NCBI GenBank assembly: GCA_026023565.1
Contig: JAPETS010000044.1
Coordinates: 179,068 to 199,067 of the forward strand
Direction of reading: 5' to 3'
Source of the DNA: Cirrosporium novae-zelandiae
Taxonomy: Eukaryota
DNA: 20,000 bases
How positions within the stretch are numbered: position 1 is the first letter of the stretch; every line of letters starts with the position of its first letter. A program made the translations under genes and the position numbers. Under the pieces are notes generated by a model, which did not search any database, was not told the DNA's origin, and saw only the letters and a program-made list of their open reading frames with translations. Of the stretch, positions 1 through 11,770 are shown in pieces.

Positions 1-694
1 GATATTCAGAGAGATGATCGATATAGCACGCCCGCGAGATTTTCAAGACGGGGTTGAAGGATAGTCAATTGACTCCGCCTGTGCTATTGGATGGGTTGAT
101 TTTCTTGTCCACGGCGTCGCTCTCAGGAACAAACACTTATATAGTGATTGCAAGCCATCGCTTTAGTGGGGAGCCCTGATGGAATTGAAATTAAGGGTCA
201 TGGTAGTTCTGGAAGCCTCTAATTGGTCTTTGACCAATTGAAATGATGGCTTTCCCTAACTAGATGGTTTAAGGCATCAGCATAAGGAAAATCACGGTAA
301 ACGATCGTTCAGTAGTTGAAACGATAGAAATTGCCGAAGGGTGGGCTGTTATTCATCGCCGCTTTGACTCAGATCTACCAGTAGATCTCATATCTAGGCG
401 ATTATGCTTGAAATCAAGGCAATGTCAAGCCCCAGGCTGGTGAAAATATCCACCCATACTTCGACCAGTCCAATTGACCTGGCGACACTTGATGTTTTCG
501 GCTTGCTGTAGAGAGGGTAGAAATACCCATAATTAGATGCTTAGAAAAGACATAAATCCTTGTCACGCTAGACTAAACAGCGCCCAGAAAATCTTAGTCA
601 AATCAGAATCGACGGTATTGGTACCGAAGTATCAGGGATCTTATTTGATCCTCATGAATTTTAAAGCCAATATTGACTTCTGCGGTCGCTGCTT

Positions 695-2670
695 TCACAA
701 TAGAAGCATGAGTTCCCAGCCTTGGCCAGCTGTCAGGGAGCGCCAATCAGAATGTTTTGACTCTCCTTTATCAAACGCGCTCCATACTTCCTTGAGCATC
801 ATGACAATGGAAAGAAAGGCATGAACCCCCGTTGTCATACAAATGTTGATTAATTCTGCCTCGAGGAAAGCCCGTTCCTCCGGATCGACTGTTTGTGTGC
901 CGAGCATGAACATGGGCCAGCTCAGGGCTTTAATAAGATCTTCAGCATTTGCAGTGAGAGCCAACGCCCTACTAGATTTAATTCCAATGCGAACAGCTTC
1001 TTGCATATCCGGGTTTATCGTCTCTAGATTACAAACCACAGAATAGAAATTCACTAGAGCGCCCTGCCGCCAAACTTCATTGGCATGGCGGGCATAATTG
1101 GAGAGTGGTGGAGGAGCCTTTGATTCTGGAATCTTCCAATCTTTGATGCGTGCGAGAGTATCAGAGATAGAGGGAAGGAGCCGACGGAGCGTATCTGTTG
1201 AAGCGCCTTGCTGAATATGTTGAGAAAGTTCATTGGTTGCTCGAATGAATGATAGTACCGTGTGTGAAGGGAAATCAAGGAAATAGTAGTAGTTTAAAGA
1301 ATCGAGGGTATCCGATGGGGGCTCGATAATTTCGGTGTCTCCATCGTTACTCGCTAGGGACGAGGCGAGTAAAGTGGAGCCTAGAGCATTCATCCATTGA
1401 AAGTGAAGCGAGAGGAAGAGACTAATCCTCGACGAGGTCTGTTGAGTTAAAGCTCGAGAGGCTATCAGCGCTTTGGCACCTTTGAGATGGATACTCCAAC
1501 CAGTGATCCCAGAGCCTAAGCCTTCATATATGACGCTAAGAAGCACGCCTGCAAGCGTGCTGTCTTGCATGGCGCTCGTATGGTCTAACAATGCACGTTG
1601 TAGCAACCCTGCTGCTTTCTGCCGATACGTTGCCGCCAAGCCTGTTGGAAGTCTTCCTAAATGTGTAAGATGCAACGCTGACATGGCCAGAATCATATTG
1701 GTTAACATAGGAGAGTCTGAATCTTTCGCTATAGTGGCATAGACCTGTCGGTAGGGATTTTCGGTATGTTCAACAGGAGCAAGATGTTGTGAGGTCGTTT
1801 CCATGACTAAGCGAATAGAGTGATTAGCTTTTCACTCCGTGGTAGCTTCAGGGAGTATTTTCTCACAATGATGAAACAAGTACCGATCGAATGGTGTTCT
1901 TAACTGATCGGGATATAGAGCATGAGTGAAGAGGGAGGAGCTCGGTTTGATTCCATAATTTCGTTCTATTTCTTCAGCCTTGGCCAGTCGTGAATGGATG
2001 ATCATCTCATCAACTTCCTCCGCAACGCGCCGTCGTGCAACATCGGCCGAGATGCTTATCAAAGCAGGGTCTTGAGAGTAACTATGGAACATATCTGGAT
2101 CATTACAAGCGGCCCAGATCCGATCCAGCCTTAAATCTTTGCTTGTAATTTTTGACTTCAGAGGTGCTCTTGATGGTCCACCAGGCATTCGAGGTATCAT
2201 AAAAGTAATTTCTGGTATCTGCGGTTTGGACTCGGATGCGATGTTTGGGGATTGCATAGTTTTTACCACTGCCTTGTTCTTTCCCTTGGATTCCTCCATG
2301 GTGGGCATCTCAACGGTTTCCGCATCTTTCTTGATATCTTTGGGTACTTCATCGCTAGAATTCACGCGTCGGCGCTTCTGTTTCTGCGGGGCTGAAGTGC
2401 CGGCAGGCCTGGCCACAGACTGAGGAACCATTCTGCTGACCATCTGTCCATTTAACCCAGGCCTAACATTAAACTCGGACAGTCGTAACTGATATCCCCC
2501 ACAGGGAACGCCACGATCGATGCATTTTTGACAAGAAGGTTTCTGTTCGTCACATTTCCGACGGAGGGCACGGCAGGTCGAACAACCTGTGCAAGACACG
2601 ACTTCAGCATCGGATTCATTGATGCGACCGCATATAGAGTATACTTGCCTGTGCGAGAGCGAACACCCAT
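695..2670 (-). CDS. Zn(II)2Cys6 binuclear cluster transcription factor with C-terminal fungal-specific TF domain (Fungal_trans_2-like), ~617 aa, 3 exons
   Basis: Exons 2670-2649, 2586-1867 and 1806-695 total 1854 nt in frame. Spliced N-terminus MGVRSRTGCSTCRALRRKCDEQKPSCQKCIDRGVPC fits C-x2-C-x6-C-x6-C-x2-C-x6-C. Intron 1 (2648-2587) is GCAAGT...CAG and intron 2 (1866-1807) is GTGAGA...GCTAAT...TAG. The C-terminal segments ENPY, AMSALHL, WSIHLKGA and LSWPMFMLG are typical of this family. Confidence 0.93.
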
Positions 2671-3743
2671 GTTGATAGATAATAAGACAATATTGGAGAT
2701 CTGATGTGGAGATGGAAAAGTGGGCGAAGCATACTAAGTAGTCCGAGTACTCATGATGAATGAGATGGTTAGTTAGATAGTTGAATGTCGATGACCCCAG
2801 CCTTTGAAAGCGAGACCTAGTTTAGGTTCAAAGCGGAGGGCCGAGAGAAACGAACGAGGATGATCAGCCACCAAGGCGACCATGCATGATAAGATACGGA
2901 ACTCCCGTTTTTCTTATTTCCAATTTGGCATTTTGATTTGCTGCTTTGACCGCCTGCATCTCGTAGTCGTCAGCTTAAAAACTGTAATTTGTTAGTTTTG
3001 CTCGTTTTGCGTGTTTTGCCGTTCCACCCGGATTTCTGACATTTCCATCTAAGCGCGGCTATCCCGTCTATCCAACAGTTACTTGTAGTATAAGTTGAGA
3101 GCCAATTCTATCCATCGCTTCTAATTGTCGATTTCATTAGGCTATTATCGATAAATCAAAAGATGTAATAATAAATCAAATCATCCCAATTAGCCGACTT
3201 CGGCCGTTTATGCTTTGGTATTTTATGTATTTATACAATGAATACCTGATAATACGGTATTATATACCTGGTAATTATCTGTGTCCTGCTGAGCCAAGAT
3301 TAGTAATTTTCCACTCTCCACAAAATGCCAAGTAGCCGCGTCGCGTGGTGTTTAAAAAATTCTTGTAATTTGTAAGCGCTCCTTCAGATCATTTACCATT
3401 TTCGGAAGTAACTATTTAATACTAAACGCTTGAAAATGTTGTATCGGCTGTAACTGAGCCTTACAACCTTAACAAAGCCAATGTCTAGTTCCCGGTGGGG
3501 GGGAAAGAAAACTCGCATCCGAAGAGGCTATTAATTGTGACAGGTGGTCAACATTGCAGCATCTCCTGCATTGCAGTATTTGTGCTGTTTCAGTAGAAGC
3601 CTAGAAGGGGCAAACGCCACTTATGCTGACATCCATTCTTCCGCCCGTTGCACTATTCCTCTAAGCGACTGGATCAGAACTCTCGGGCGCTTCGGGCGCT
3701 GTCAATTCTGATAGGGGTTCACTAAGGCTTCACCTATTGGTAG

Positions 3744-3777
3744 CATTGGCAACAACATTGGCAAAAACATTGGCAAA
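3744..3777. repeat. 12-bp period tandem repeat CATTGGCAA(C/A)AA, ~3 copies
   Basis: CATTGGCAA starts at 3744, 3756 and 3768. Confidence 0.8.
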
Positions 3778-3893
3778 CGTTGACAAGGAGGTATATCCTG
3801 TCTATAACATGCTGCTATACCCTGTAGTAATTATAAGAATAATAATAATAATAATTTTGATAAATATTCCCATGCCTTTACCCTCTGATTTGA

Positions 3894-5051
3894 TCAAGAT
3901 ACCATCACTTCCGCTGTTGCTGTTGCTGTCGCTGCTGGCTGGATGGTTTCTTGTTCCGAACCAGGTCCTTGAATTAAAATCCCCTGCAAGTCATGAGGCA
4001 CAAGACTTTTCTTCTCTTTCGCCACCATCGAGATCGGATCATCCAGTTCCACCCATCCGCAATAGGGTTGAGAGACTGAATATCCGATTAATCGTTGAAT
4101 CTTTGTTGGATATGACTCAACTATCTCTCGTGGAATGGCTAGGTATTGATTTTCATCCTGTCGTAAAAATCCTTTGACCATGTGACACGAGTATATGTTG
4201 CGGCGTTGGTCCGATGTCTTGTTTGCTCCAGCCCCATGCCAGATACTACCAATAATCATACACGCATCGCCTTTTTCCATCTCCGCCGTCGTGCACATGC
4301 TTGGGTCTGCTCTTCTGTCGTCGTCCCATAGATGACTGCCCGGAATCACCTGCGTTCCTCCATTTTCGTACGTACATTTCTACAAAAAACCTGTCAGAAA
4401 TTTTTATCCCATTCAAAATGCAACAAATAAAACCTAGATGACCCACGGTGCCCGCAACAAGGATACCCAGCAGGGAACTATCTCCACTTCCTGCGATATG
4501 TTTAACGTGCTGAGGGACATCGTCACGATGAAGCGGTTGGCCTAGGGTGTTAGGACCTCGGGTAAAGGCTTGAGAAACGGCGAGAATCGGGTCTGAGATG
4601 CATTTGCTTCTGGTATCGCCCCACCAAGGATATCTTGTTCAGTAAGCTTTGGAATTGCTCAAGGCGGACAAAGGCCCGTACGTGATGTCTTGAAGGAGTA
4701 TCTTTGCAACCTCTGAGTATAAGGGATGCCCCAATATTCGGAGAGCACACGTCCTCGATTTCCCAACCAAGCCACTATGATTGCTGGTCAACTCCGTGTC
4801 GGTCCAGTTTCTTGTCGAGACGCGACAACATACCTCAAGGGTGCATCGTTCTCTCCATGCAGATTTCCTTTATATTTTCCTTGTTTCGCCCAGTGAGGTT
4901 TCAATTCTTTTTCGATATTCTCCACCTCTTCATCGGTGATAAACCCTTCAATAATCACACCTCCATCCCGCCGAATAACGGCAGCGACATCATCCGGCGA
5001 TGATGTGACTGGAAGCCGAGCAAGTGTTGGAACATCAGGACCTTTCTCCAT
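3894..5051 (-). CDS. PhyH-family Fe(II)/2-oxoglutarate-dependent dioxygenase (paralog 1), ~327 aa, 4 exons
   Basis: Exons 5051-4834, 4774-4682, 4633-4447 and 4379-3894 total 984 nt in frame, with introns of 59, 48 and 67 nt. Motifs: IRRDGGVII, QPLHRDD (H-x-D), NGGTQVIPGSHLW, MEKGDA, SIWHGAGAN (distal His), the QRR candidate 2OG-binding Arg, and FLRQDENQYLA. Confidence 0.92.
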
Positions 5052-5393
5052 GGTTGTGTAGGTCTATTGAAGCAAGTAAAAGACGGGACATGTGGATCCT
5101 AGATATATCTAATGAAAGCTTGGAATCGCCAGATTCCCGCTCCTGAATCCCAGCCAATGCTTGAATCCATTTGTCGTTATTCATATACAGATGTGGAAAG
5201 TCTACTAGCTGGTGCTAACGATGTTCTCTATGATGTATTATGTCGCCTAACTTGTCCTGAAGCAGTGAAATGTTTCTCCGCCGATTTTGGACTAAACTGA
5301 GAACCCCGCAGCGGGATAAAGGGATAAGGGCCTAAGGCAGCCACGCCATTTTATGACCGAACCCGCTATCTCGGCCAGTGAACTTGAGCCTTC

Positions 5394-5417
5394 ATGGACA
5401 ATGGACAATGGACAATG
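5394..5417. repeat. 7-bp tandem repeat (ATGGACA)3
   Basis: ATGGACA at 5394, 5401 and 5408, followed by ATG, between the two PhyH genes. Confidence 0.8.
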
Positions 5418-5535
5418 CCCTACTTTATTCGCTACGACTTTAATAGGTACTCGGAAAATACGATGAAAAGATTACCGTTTATTGATACAAAGTAGAGAGA
5501 TGCATATCGTGATGGTTTTCTGTTGATGACAATAT

Positions 5536-6487
5536 CTAAATCAAATCTTGAAACTGAATTTTTGTCACATCCCCGTTCGCTGCAAGGAAATCCAATGGCT
5601 CTGTTAATTCAACCAACCCACCATAGGGTCTGGAAACGTAATAACCCAATAGCTTCTGAACTTCAACAGGATATGTCTTCACCGTCTCCCAGGGTATGGC
5701 AAGAAACTGATTCTCATCTTGTCGACACCACCCGGGCGTCATAAAAGCTGCCATTAGCAGCCGGAATTCATTAGTTGTAGTATTTTGTCCAGCTCCATGA
5801 TACGTCGATCCCAACCTGGAAAATTGGAGAAAGTGTTAATTTTTCGTACCTATCATGGAATTATAAAGATAGTCCTTACCAGATGAGAGCGTCTCCTTTT
5901 TCCATTTCTGCGGGAACCGTCTCTTCCATCGTTGGCTTTCGTTCATCGTCCCATTTGTGGGATCCCGGGACAATATTTGTTGTGCCCATTTCTCTTGTTG
6001 ACTTGGTTCCGGCAAACATGATTCCAATATCGGTCTCATATTTCGCAGGATGTCGGGTGTGGTGACACTGATCGTCTCGATGTAGCCCTTGAGCTTCAGA
6101 TCCAGGTCCAACCCAAAATGCCATGGTATTAGTAACCTGAGGCAAACTCGTCGAGGTAACTTTCTCATCCCCATAGTAGACAGTTGTGCTGCGACTTAAC
6201 ATCTGCCGGCAGACTTCCTGATATAGGGGATTGGTCAGGAGCTGTGTTGCAAAAGTGCGACTCTTTCCAGCAAGAGCTGTCACTCGTCGAGATTCTTTTG
6301 GCCATGTTATGCCATCCCATTCCTTATCGTTCTTGATGTGGACAGCAATATCCCTGGCTGCTTGATCTAGGATGTCATGGGCAACCAAATTACGAATGAT
6401 AACTCCGCCATCGCGGCGGAGAATGGTGATGACTTCCTCGGCAGAGGATGTCGAAGGGAGTTGCTCGGGCCCAGAGTTTAAACCCAT
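5536..6487 (-). CDS. PhyH-family Fe(II)/2-oxoglutarate-dependent dioxygenase (paralog 2), ~295 aa, 2 exons
   Basis: Exons 6487-5880 and 5815-5536 total 888 nt, with intron 5879-5816 GTAAGG...CAG. Motifs: LRRDGGVII, GPGSEAQGLHRDD, VPGSHKW, MEKGDA, STYHGAGQN, EFR and CRQDENQFLA. Confidence 0.94.
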
Positions 6488-8579
6488 CTCCAGAGTTTTC
6501 GGGAGTATGCTAGGTCAACAAACCGGAATGTCACAGAGGTGAACATGATTTATGTATCATTTGCGGTATTAGCAGGCGTTGATAGTATTGGATGAAGCTG
6601 CGTAAAGCTTGGCGGGGGTGAGGATGAGAGAGTCAAGTGCGCTTAGTTTGGCCGTTTTGGGACTGAAGCTAACCCATTACGGTAGCACAGCTTTGCGATC
6701 ATGGAGCATCAAAAAGTTTAGGACGGGAAAGGATCAGTGTAAAAGTAATTTTTGCTTCTTCTTTTTCTTTCTTAAGGCAATAATTTCTCCACCTTGTCCT
6801 GATGCAGCGAAAGATGACCACTGTTATATCAACAATACCACAAGGATTTTGACATGCGAGTTCCTCTCAAGGACTATGTCCATAATGGATATCAAGCAAT
6901 TGCATACAGATAGATCTCTACGATGCTATTGACCCTAGGTCTAAGCTACATGATGCCGCTTCAGGAAAACATACCCTCATCACTGGAACCAGACAAGGAA
7001 TTGATCGGGCAGGTCGGGTAAGCATTGTGGTTCTTTGAAGGATTCTAGAGAGCTAATCCAACGATCATGCCTAGACAATTCACCGGAGTAAAAGGAAACA
7101 GCATATCGTTGGTTGCTCGAGTGATCAAGGCACTGGTATTGAATGCTCCTTGGCTGATGTTTTGGGGCTGCTGTTATGAAGGCGCTCTTTGACAAAGACG
7201 GTACCTACGTTGTAGTATCAGGACGATGGACATATTTATCAACTGCGCTTATGGGTTCCGATATTGCACACCAATAGGATCTTCGGATCTGCGAAACTAT
7301 TGTCTCTGGCTCATGTTCTTTCACCTAAGCTTTCTTGTTTGAGGAGCCTTACACAAACGCCACAGCCATCACGACAAGCTTCATTGGCTGCAACCATCTC
7401 CCACCTGGTGGGCCTGCATATCAATAGAAAAGTTCACTGTCAATCGCCTTATGAGTCCATTGGCATCGCCATGTACTACCAGAAGGTCAGATGGTGAATG
7501 ATGAAAGTGGCACTGAAAGAGGGCAGCTGTAGAACACGGTCGCGACGGCATTCGGATCTTTGCTCTTCATCCCAGAAATATCGGGTCTAGACTGTTGTAG
7601 TCAAAGGTGCCCAGATGCTCGTGGCATAATTTTCAAGATATTATGGAGTCGGATGGACGACTTTGCGGTTCTCAATAGACAGGTAAGCGATGAATTGCCA
7701 AGCACCAGTTTAATAGTTGCTGTTCCTGAAGATTGAAAGATGTTAGATGTCAATCTCGATGGTTAAGCATATCATTTTTATTCACTTAGCTAATCATTAC
7801 TATCATCTGCATGTCATATCCGAGCCATCGATCTGTGTTAGCAAAATGGAAAGTAGGATAACGATGGATTGCCTAGATTCACGAAACTCTGAGCTCAAAG
7901 CGCCTCACAATTGATATTTTGTTGGAACGGAGACTTGAGATGAAAAGGCCGGTTTCGCCGAAAACATCCATTATGACCTAATTAGTGGTCTTTTCCTTTT
8001 TTTTCTTCAGCACAGAACAGAGGGCAGACATATGATATACCAAAATCTTTCGGACTCATTGATGGCGATGGCTCGGAGAATTAACGTTTGTAGCATCCAA
8101 ACTCGGGAATAACTGGCAACAGTTGCTCGATGAAGTTTAAGCCGAAAAGAGTTGGGACGATGATATCCGCACAGACCAGCCAATCGAAGGTCAATTTTGT
8201 TTCTCCTTCCTCTTCCTTTCCTTTCCTTTCTACGCCGCATTTCTTCTTTCTCCTGTTTTCTCTCCCCCCCCACAGTCATTAGTGCCATTTCACTCCTTTG
8301 GTACTTTTGACTTATTGTAGTTTCTTCCCCCGAATCTAATGAATTCTAATCTTCTTACTGGTCCGAACCTTTAACCTCCTCCACATTAACTACCAAGGTC
8401 CCTAGGTAATTATGCCAATCAACCCAACAACGGACGCGCTAGTTGATTGTTCGTTGCGATTGCCCTTTCCCTTCATGAATAAATACATATATCCGGCGTC
8501 CCCATATTGGTGACCGGGTTGGGCAATTTTGCTGATTTTCCTACCATTGCCTTAGCAATTGTTCAGCTCTCCGTTCATC

Positions 8580-10569
8580 ATGCCTGGAAACTCAGAAGTT
8601 ACCGAGACTCATTCTCATCTGTCCAGGGACTTTGGCATTCTTGGATTAGTCAGTGTCGCCTGGAATGTAATCAATATCTTTGGGGGACTGTCCTATATCT
8701 TTGTTGTCGGCTTCTCAGCTGGAGGCCTCCCCTCAATATTCTATGGATTGTGAGACCTTCATATAGTGAACATTCTGTCTTGACCCGATTCCTAATCATG
8801 CCGCTCTTGCCGCAGCATCGGAGCCACCTGCTGTGTTGTATGTCTAATAGCAACACTTGCAGAATGTGCCGCCATGTTCCCTACCGCCGGTATTGTCACA
8901 ACCCAAGAAGCCTCATGTTCGTAAGGCTGATCTTTGCTATTAGGTGGTGCCTACCATTTCGCAACCTTCCTAGCTCCTCCAAAATATCGACGACTGGTGG
9001 GATATCCCATGGGATGGTCAGTTTCAACTGTGACATAATTGGGGAAACATTTGATCTGACGTTTAACTCGATACATCAGGTTTAATTTTCTCGGCTGGGT
9101 TCTTACAGAAGCTGCATGTTGCGCCATATTTTCTGGGTTGGTTTATTCAATGGCTGTACTCTGCAACCCCGACTTTGTGCAGGGAGGCCGATGGCAACTT
9201 TTCCTTGTATACGTTGCTGTTGCTGCCATTGCGTGGCTCTGTAATTTGTACATGCTGAAGATTATTCCTTACTTGGAAAATGCTGGCTGTAGGTGGCCCC
9301 CGCCGTTACGCTCTCTGAGCCATCATCACTGATTTTTGGTTCTTCATAGGCTGGATCAGCCTTACGGCATTTCTTGCATTTTTTGTTACACTCCTGGCTC
9401 TGTCGAAAAAGGCCGACCCTGCTTCCGTCTTTGTAGATATTGTGAATGAAACTGGGTAAATTCTCGGAGTCTCACCGCCATAAATGAATGTTCGACCTCT
9501 GACAAACATTCAGTTATTCTTCAAACGCCATGGCCGTTGTGCTTGGTCTTTATAACAGGTATGCAGTTTGATTCCCTTCAGACTGAATGTTGGTCCTAAC
9601 TCAGAGTTCTACAGCATGGCTGCTTGGATGTGTCTTGATGGTGCATGCCATCTTGCCGAGGAAGTCCCAAATCCAACGAGGAATATCCCCAAGATTCTTT
9701 ACCTGTCTATTGGTGTACAATTTCTTGTTGGTGTTGTCTGGATCCTTGCAATTGGCTTCTCTATTGAGAATATTGATGTTGTCATAAATTCCCCAACGGG
9801 TGTCCCGATTGTCGAATTGGTCCGCCAAGCCACAAATAGTAACGGGGCTGCGATCGTCTTCAACCTTGTTCTTTTGATCAACTACTTTGCCGCTACAGTT
9901 GGTTCTGCATTAACCTCTAGCCGACAAGGTTTTGCTCTTGCTCGCGATGGTGGGCTATTCTTCAAGAGACAGTATGTTTGCACTAGCTCGCTCCACCTCT
10001 CGCTTTAGCTAACCTGACTTTGCAGTCTGACTCGGGTTGATCCGAAATTTAAAGTTCCGACCTATTCGGTCCACTTTTGCTTCTTTTTGGTTGTTCTCGT
10101 CGGGATTATTTACCTCTTATCCACTGAAGGGTTCAATGCGATCCTAGGGGCCGAAGTCGCTTTTATGATCCTCGCTTATGCCGCTCCGGCATTCATTATG
10201 CTCTGCATTGGTCGTTCGACCCTTCCTAAGACGCCCTTCTCTCTCGGAAAGTTCCTGGGCCATTTCTGCTGCATCGTCACCATAGTCTATTCCTTTGCCG
10301 TTTTGATTCTGGTGATGATTCCTATGACTCATCCAGTGACAGCCGAAAGTATGAATTATACCATATTGATATTTGGAATATCGTTTATCATCATGGGAAT
10401 ATCTTGGTTTTCGGACGCGAGGACGGCATATCAACCTCCAAGTTTCAAAGCCTTTGTTGAAAAGGTGCCAATAGAAACAGAGAAGGGAGGACTAGGCATC
10501 GAGGGGGCTCTGGAAATAACCCAAGAGAAAGAACAGAGAAGTATCGATACAAGTGAAATTAGAATGTAA
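8580..10569 (+). CDS. APC superfamily amino acid/choline (ACT-family) permease, choline/GABA/polyamine permease-like, ~525 aa, 8 exons
   Basis: Exons 8580-8749, 8816-8889, 8944-9016, 9080-9288, 9350-9455, 9514-9558, 9615-9971 and 10026-10569 total 1578 nt, all GT-AG and in phase. Motifs: LSRDFGILGL, LAECAAMFPTAGGAYHF, GWFNFLGW, NETGY, DGACHLAEEVPNPTRNIP, SSRQGFALARDGGL, PFSLG and PVTAESMNY. There are many hydrophobic TM segments. Confidence 0.93.
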
Positions 10570-11165
10570 ATTTGGAGGGTAACGTTTGATATCTTTTTAT
10601 GCGGGATACCGCGGACTTTTGGGAATGCAAAAAAAAGCCGGCCTTGAATAATCTAGATTTTTTAGAAATGTATAATGTCTTTTCAACGCAGTTGGGTAAT
10701 AATATATGGAATAGGACGTGTAGGTTTCAAACAAAAACAAAACCAGCCTCTGAATTGTATTGATGGACTTGCCGTCGTTAAAACTCCATCTGCGTTAATG
10801 ATTAATCAAAAATAATTTCTTACTCAGTAACGTGGTGCTCCAAGTAAGCTTCTGTTAAAATTCTTAATTACCCCTCTCCTCCCCAACAAAAAAAAAAGAA
10901 AAACAATTAGATCTGAAATCTCTCTGAAATCTCTTAAATCTTTGAATCTCTAAGATTAATTAATTGTGGATGGTTTTTTGTTTTGTTGGTAAAAACAAAG
11001 TGAGCAAGTTTAATTTACCGTACCTATGGGGGTGTTGTTGGTTGGGTTTTTGTTTTTGGTTGGGTTTGGGGGTTTGCTAGGCTAGATGGGTAGGGTTGGT
11101 CCGGGTTTGGGAAGTTGGGGGTTGGGGGGAGTGGTAGGGCAGGGCAGGAGGGTGTTTAACCGAAT

Positions 11166-11770
11166 CGACAGTCGACAACGACAACGACAACGACAGCGAC
11201 ATGAAGGGCATAAGAACGTTTAATGGAAAGGGCATAGACTAATTATAAAGGAGGAGGAGGAGAGAAGAAAGGATTTTTTTTTTTTTTTTTGAGGAAATAA
11301 ATAAATAAACCGTGTGGATTGTGTGTGTACTTATTTACCTAGGTAGTTGTGATAATTCTAATTAATTGCTATTGTTTATTTATTATCTATTTTTCTCCCT
11401 TTGGTTTTTTTCTTTTTTTTTTGACTTTTGATTTTTTCTTTTTCTTGTGTGATAAGTAAGTTAGTTACTTGTATATGGCCCTTGCCATGGTGCATTGTGC
11501 ATAAATAACATGTATTATCTATAATAATTACAATAGTCTTGAAAAGAATTAATGCAATATATATACGTCCCCCCTTCCCCCCCCTTTTTTTTTTTTATTT
11601 TATTTTTGGTTGTTGTTGTTGTTGTTGGATATATGGGATGATATAAACATGACAAAATAAAGGATATGAAAAAAAAAAAAAAATGGGGAAAATAGAAAGA
11701 ATTTGTGGGGAGTAGGTAGGTAGGTAGGTAGGTAGTTAGATAGGTAGGAAAGAGAGAGAGAGAGAGAGAA
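11166..11770. repeat. Microsatellite/homopolymer-rich tract
   Basis: (CGACAA)n at 11173-11200, T17 at 11274-11290, (GTT)6 at 11609-11626, A16 at 11668-11683, (GTAG)6 at 11712-11735 and (AG)n at ~11751-11768. Confidence 0.9.

Noticed and set aside
1..64. Possible 3' end of an upstream plus-strand gene (two frames open to stops at 57 and 64)
   Set aside because: Too short to support or identify.
3737..4177. 146-aa plus-strand ORF with hydrophobic stretches
   Set aside because: It is antisense to PhyH1 exon 4 and its 3' region, starts at a non-ATG codon, and its Ile/Leu runs come from (ATA)n and (GCTGTT)n microsatellites.
3894..6487. Naming the dioxygenases as true phytanoyl-CoA hydroxylase or as ftmF/asqJ/easH orthologs
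   Set aside because: Only family-level motifs are visible, there is no PTS1, and none of the partner biosynthetic genes is in the window.
5276..6792. SYGGRG (CreA-like) hexamers upstream of both PhyH genes (5276, 5304, 6612, 6787)
   Set aside because: This degenerate 6-mer is expected by chance at about this frequency, so it is not enough to call.
6609..7700. Short ORFs and moderately complex sequence in the long PhyH2/permease intergenic region
   Set aside because: The frames I read gave no recognisable motif or consistent splice model. A decayed gene cannot be excluded without tblastx.
8507..9085. 192-aa Cys/Arg-rich plus-strand ORF
   Set aside because: It is an alternative-frame read through the permease exons and introns. 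The spliced permease model explains the region.
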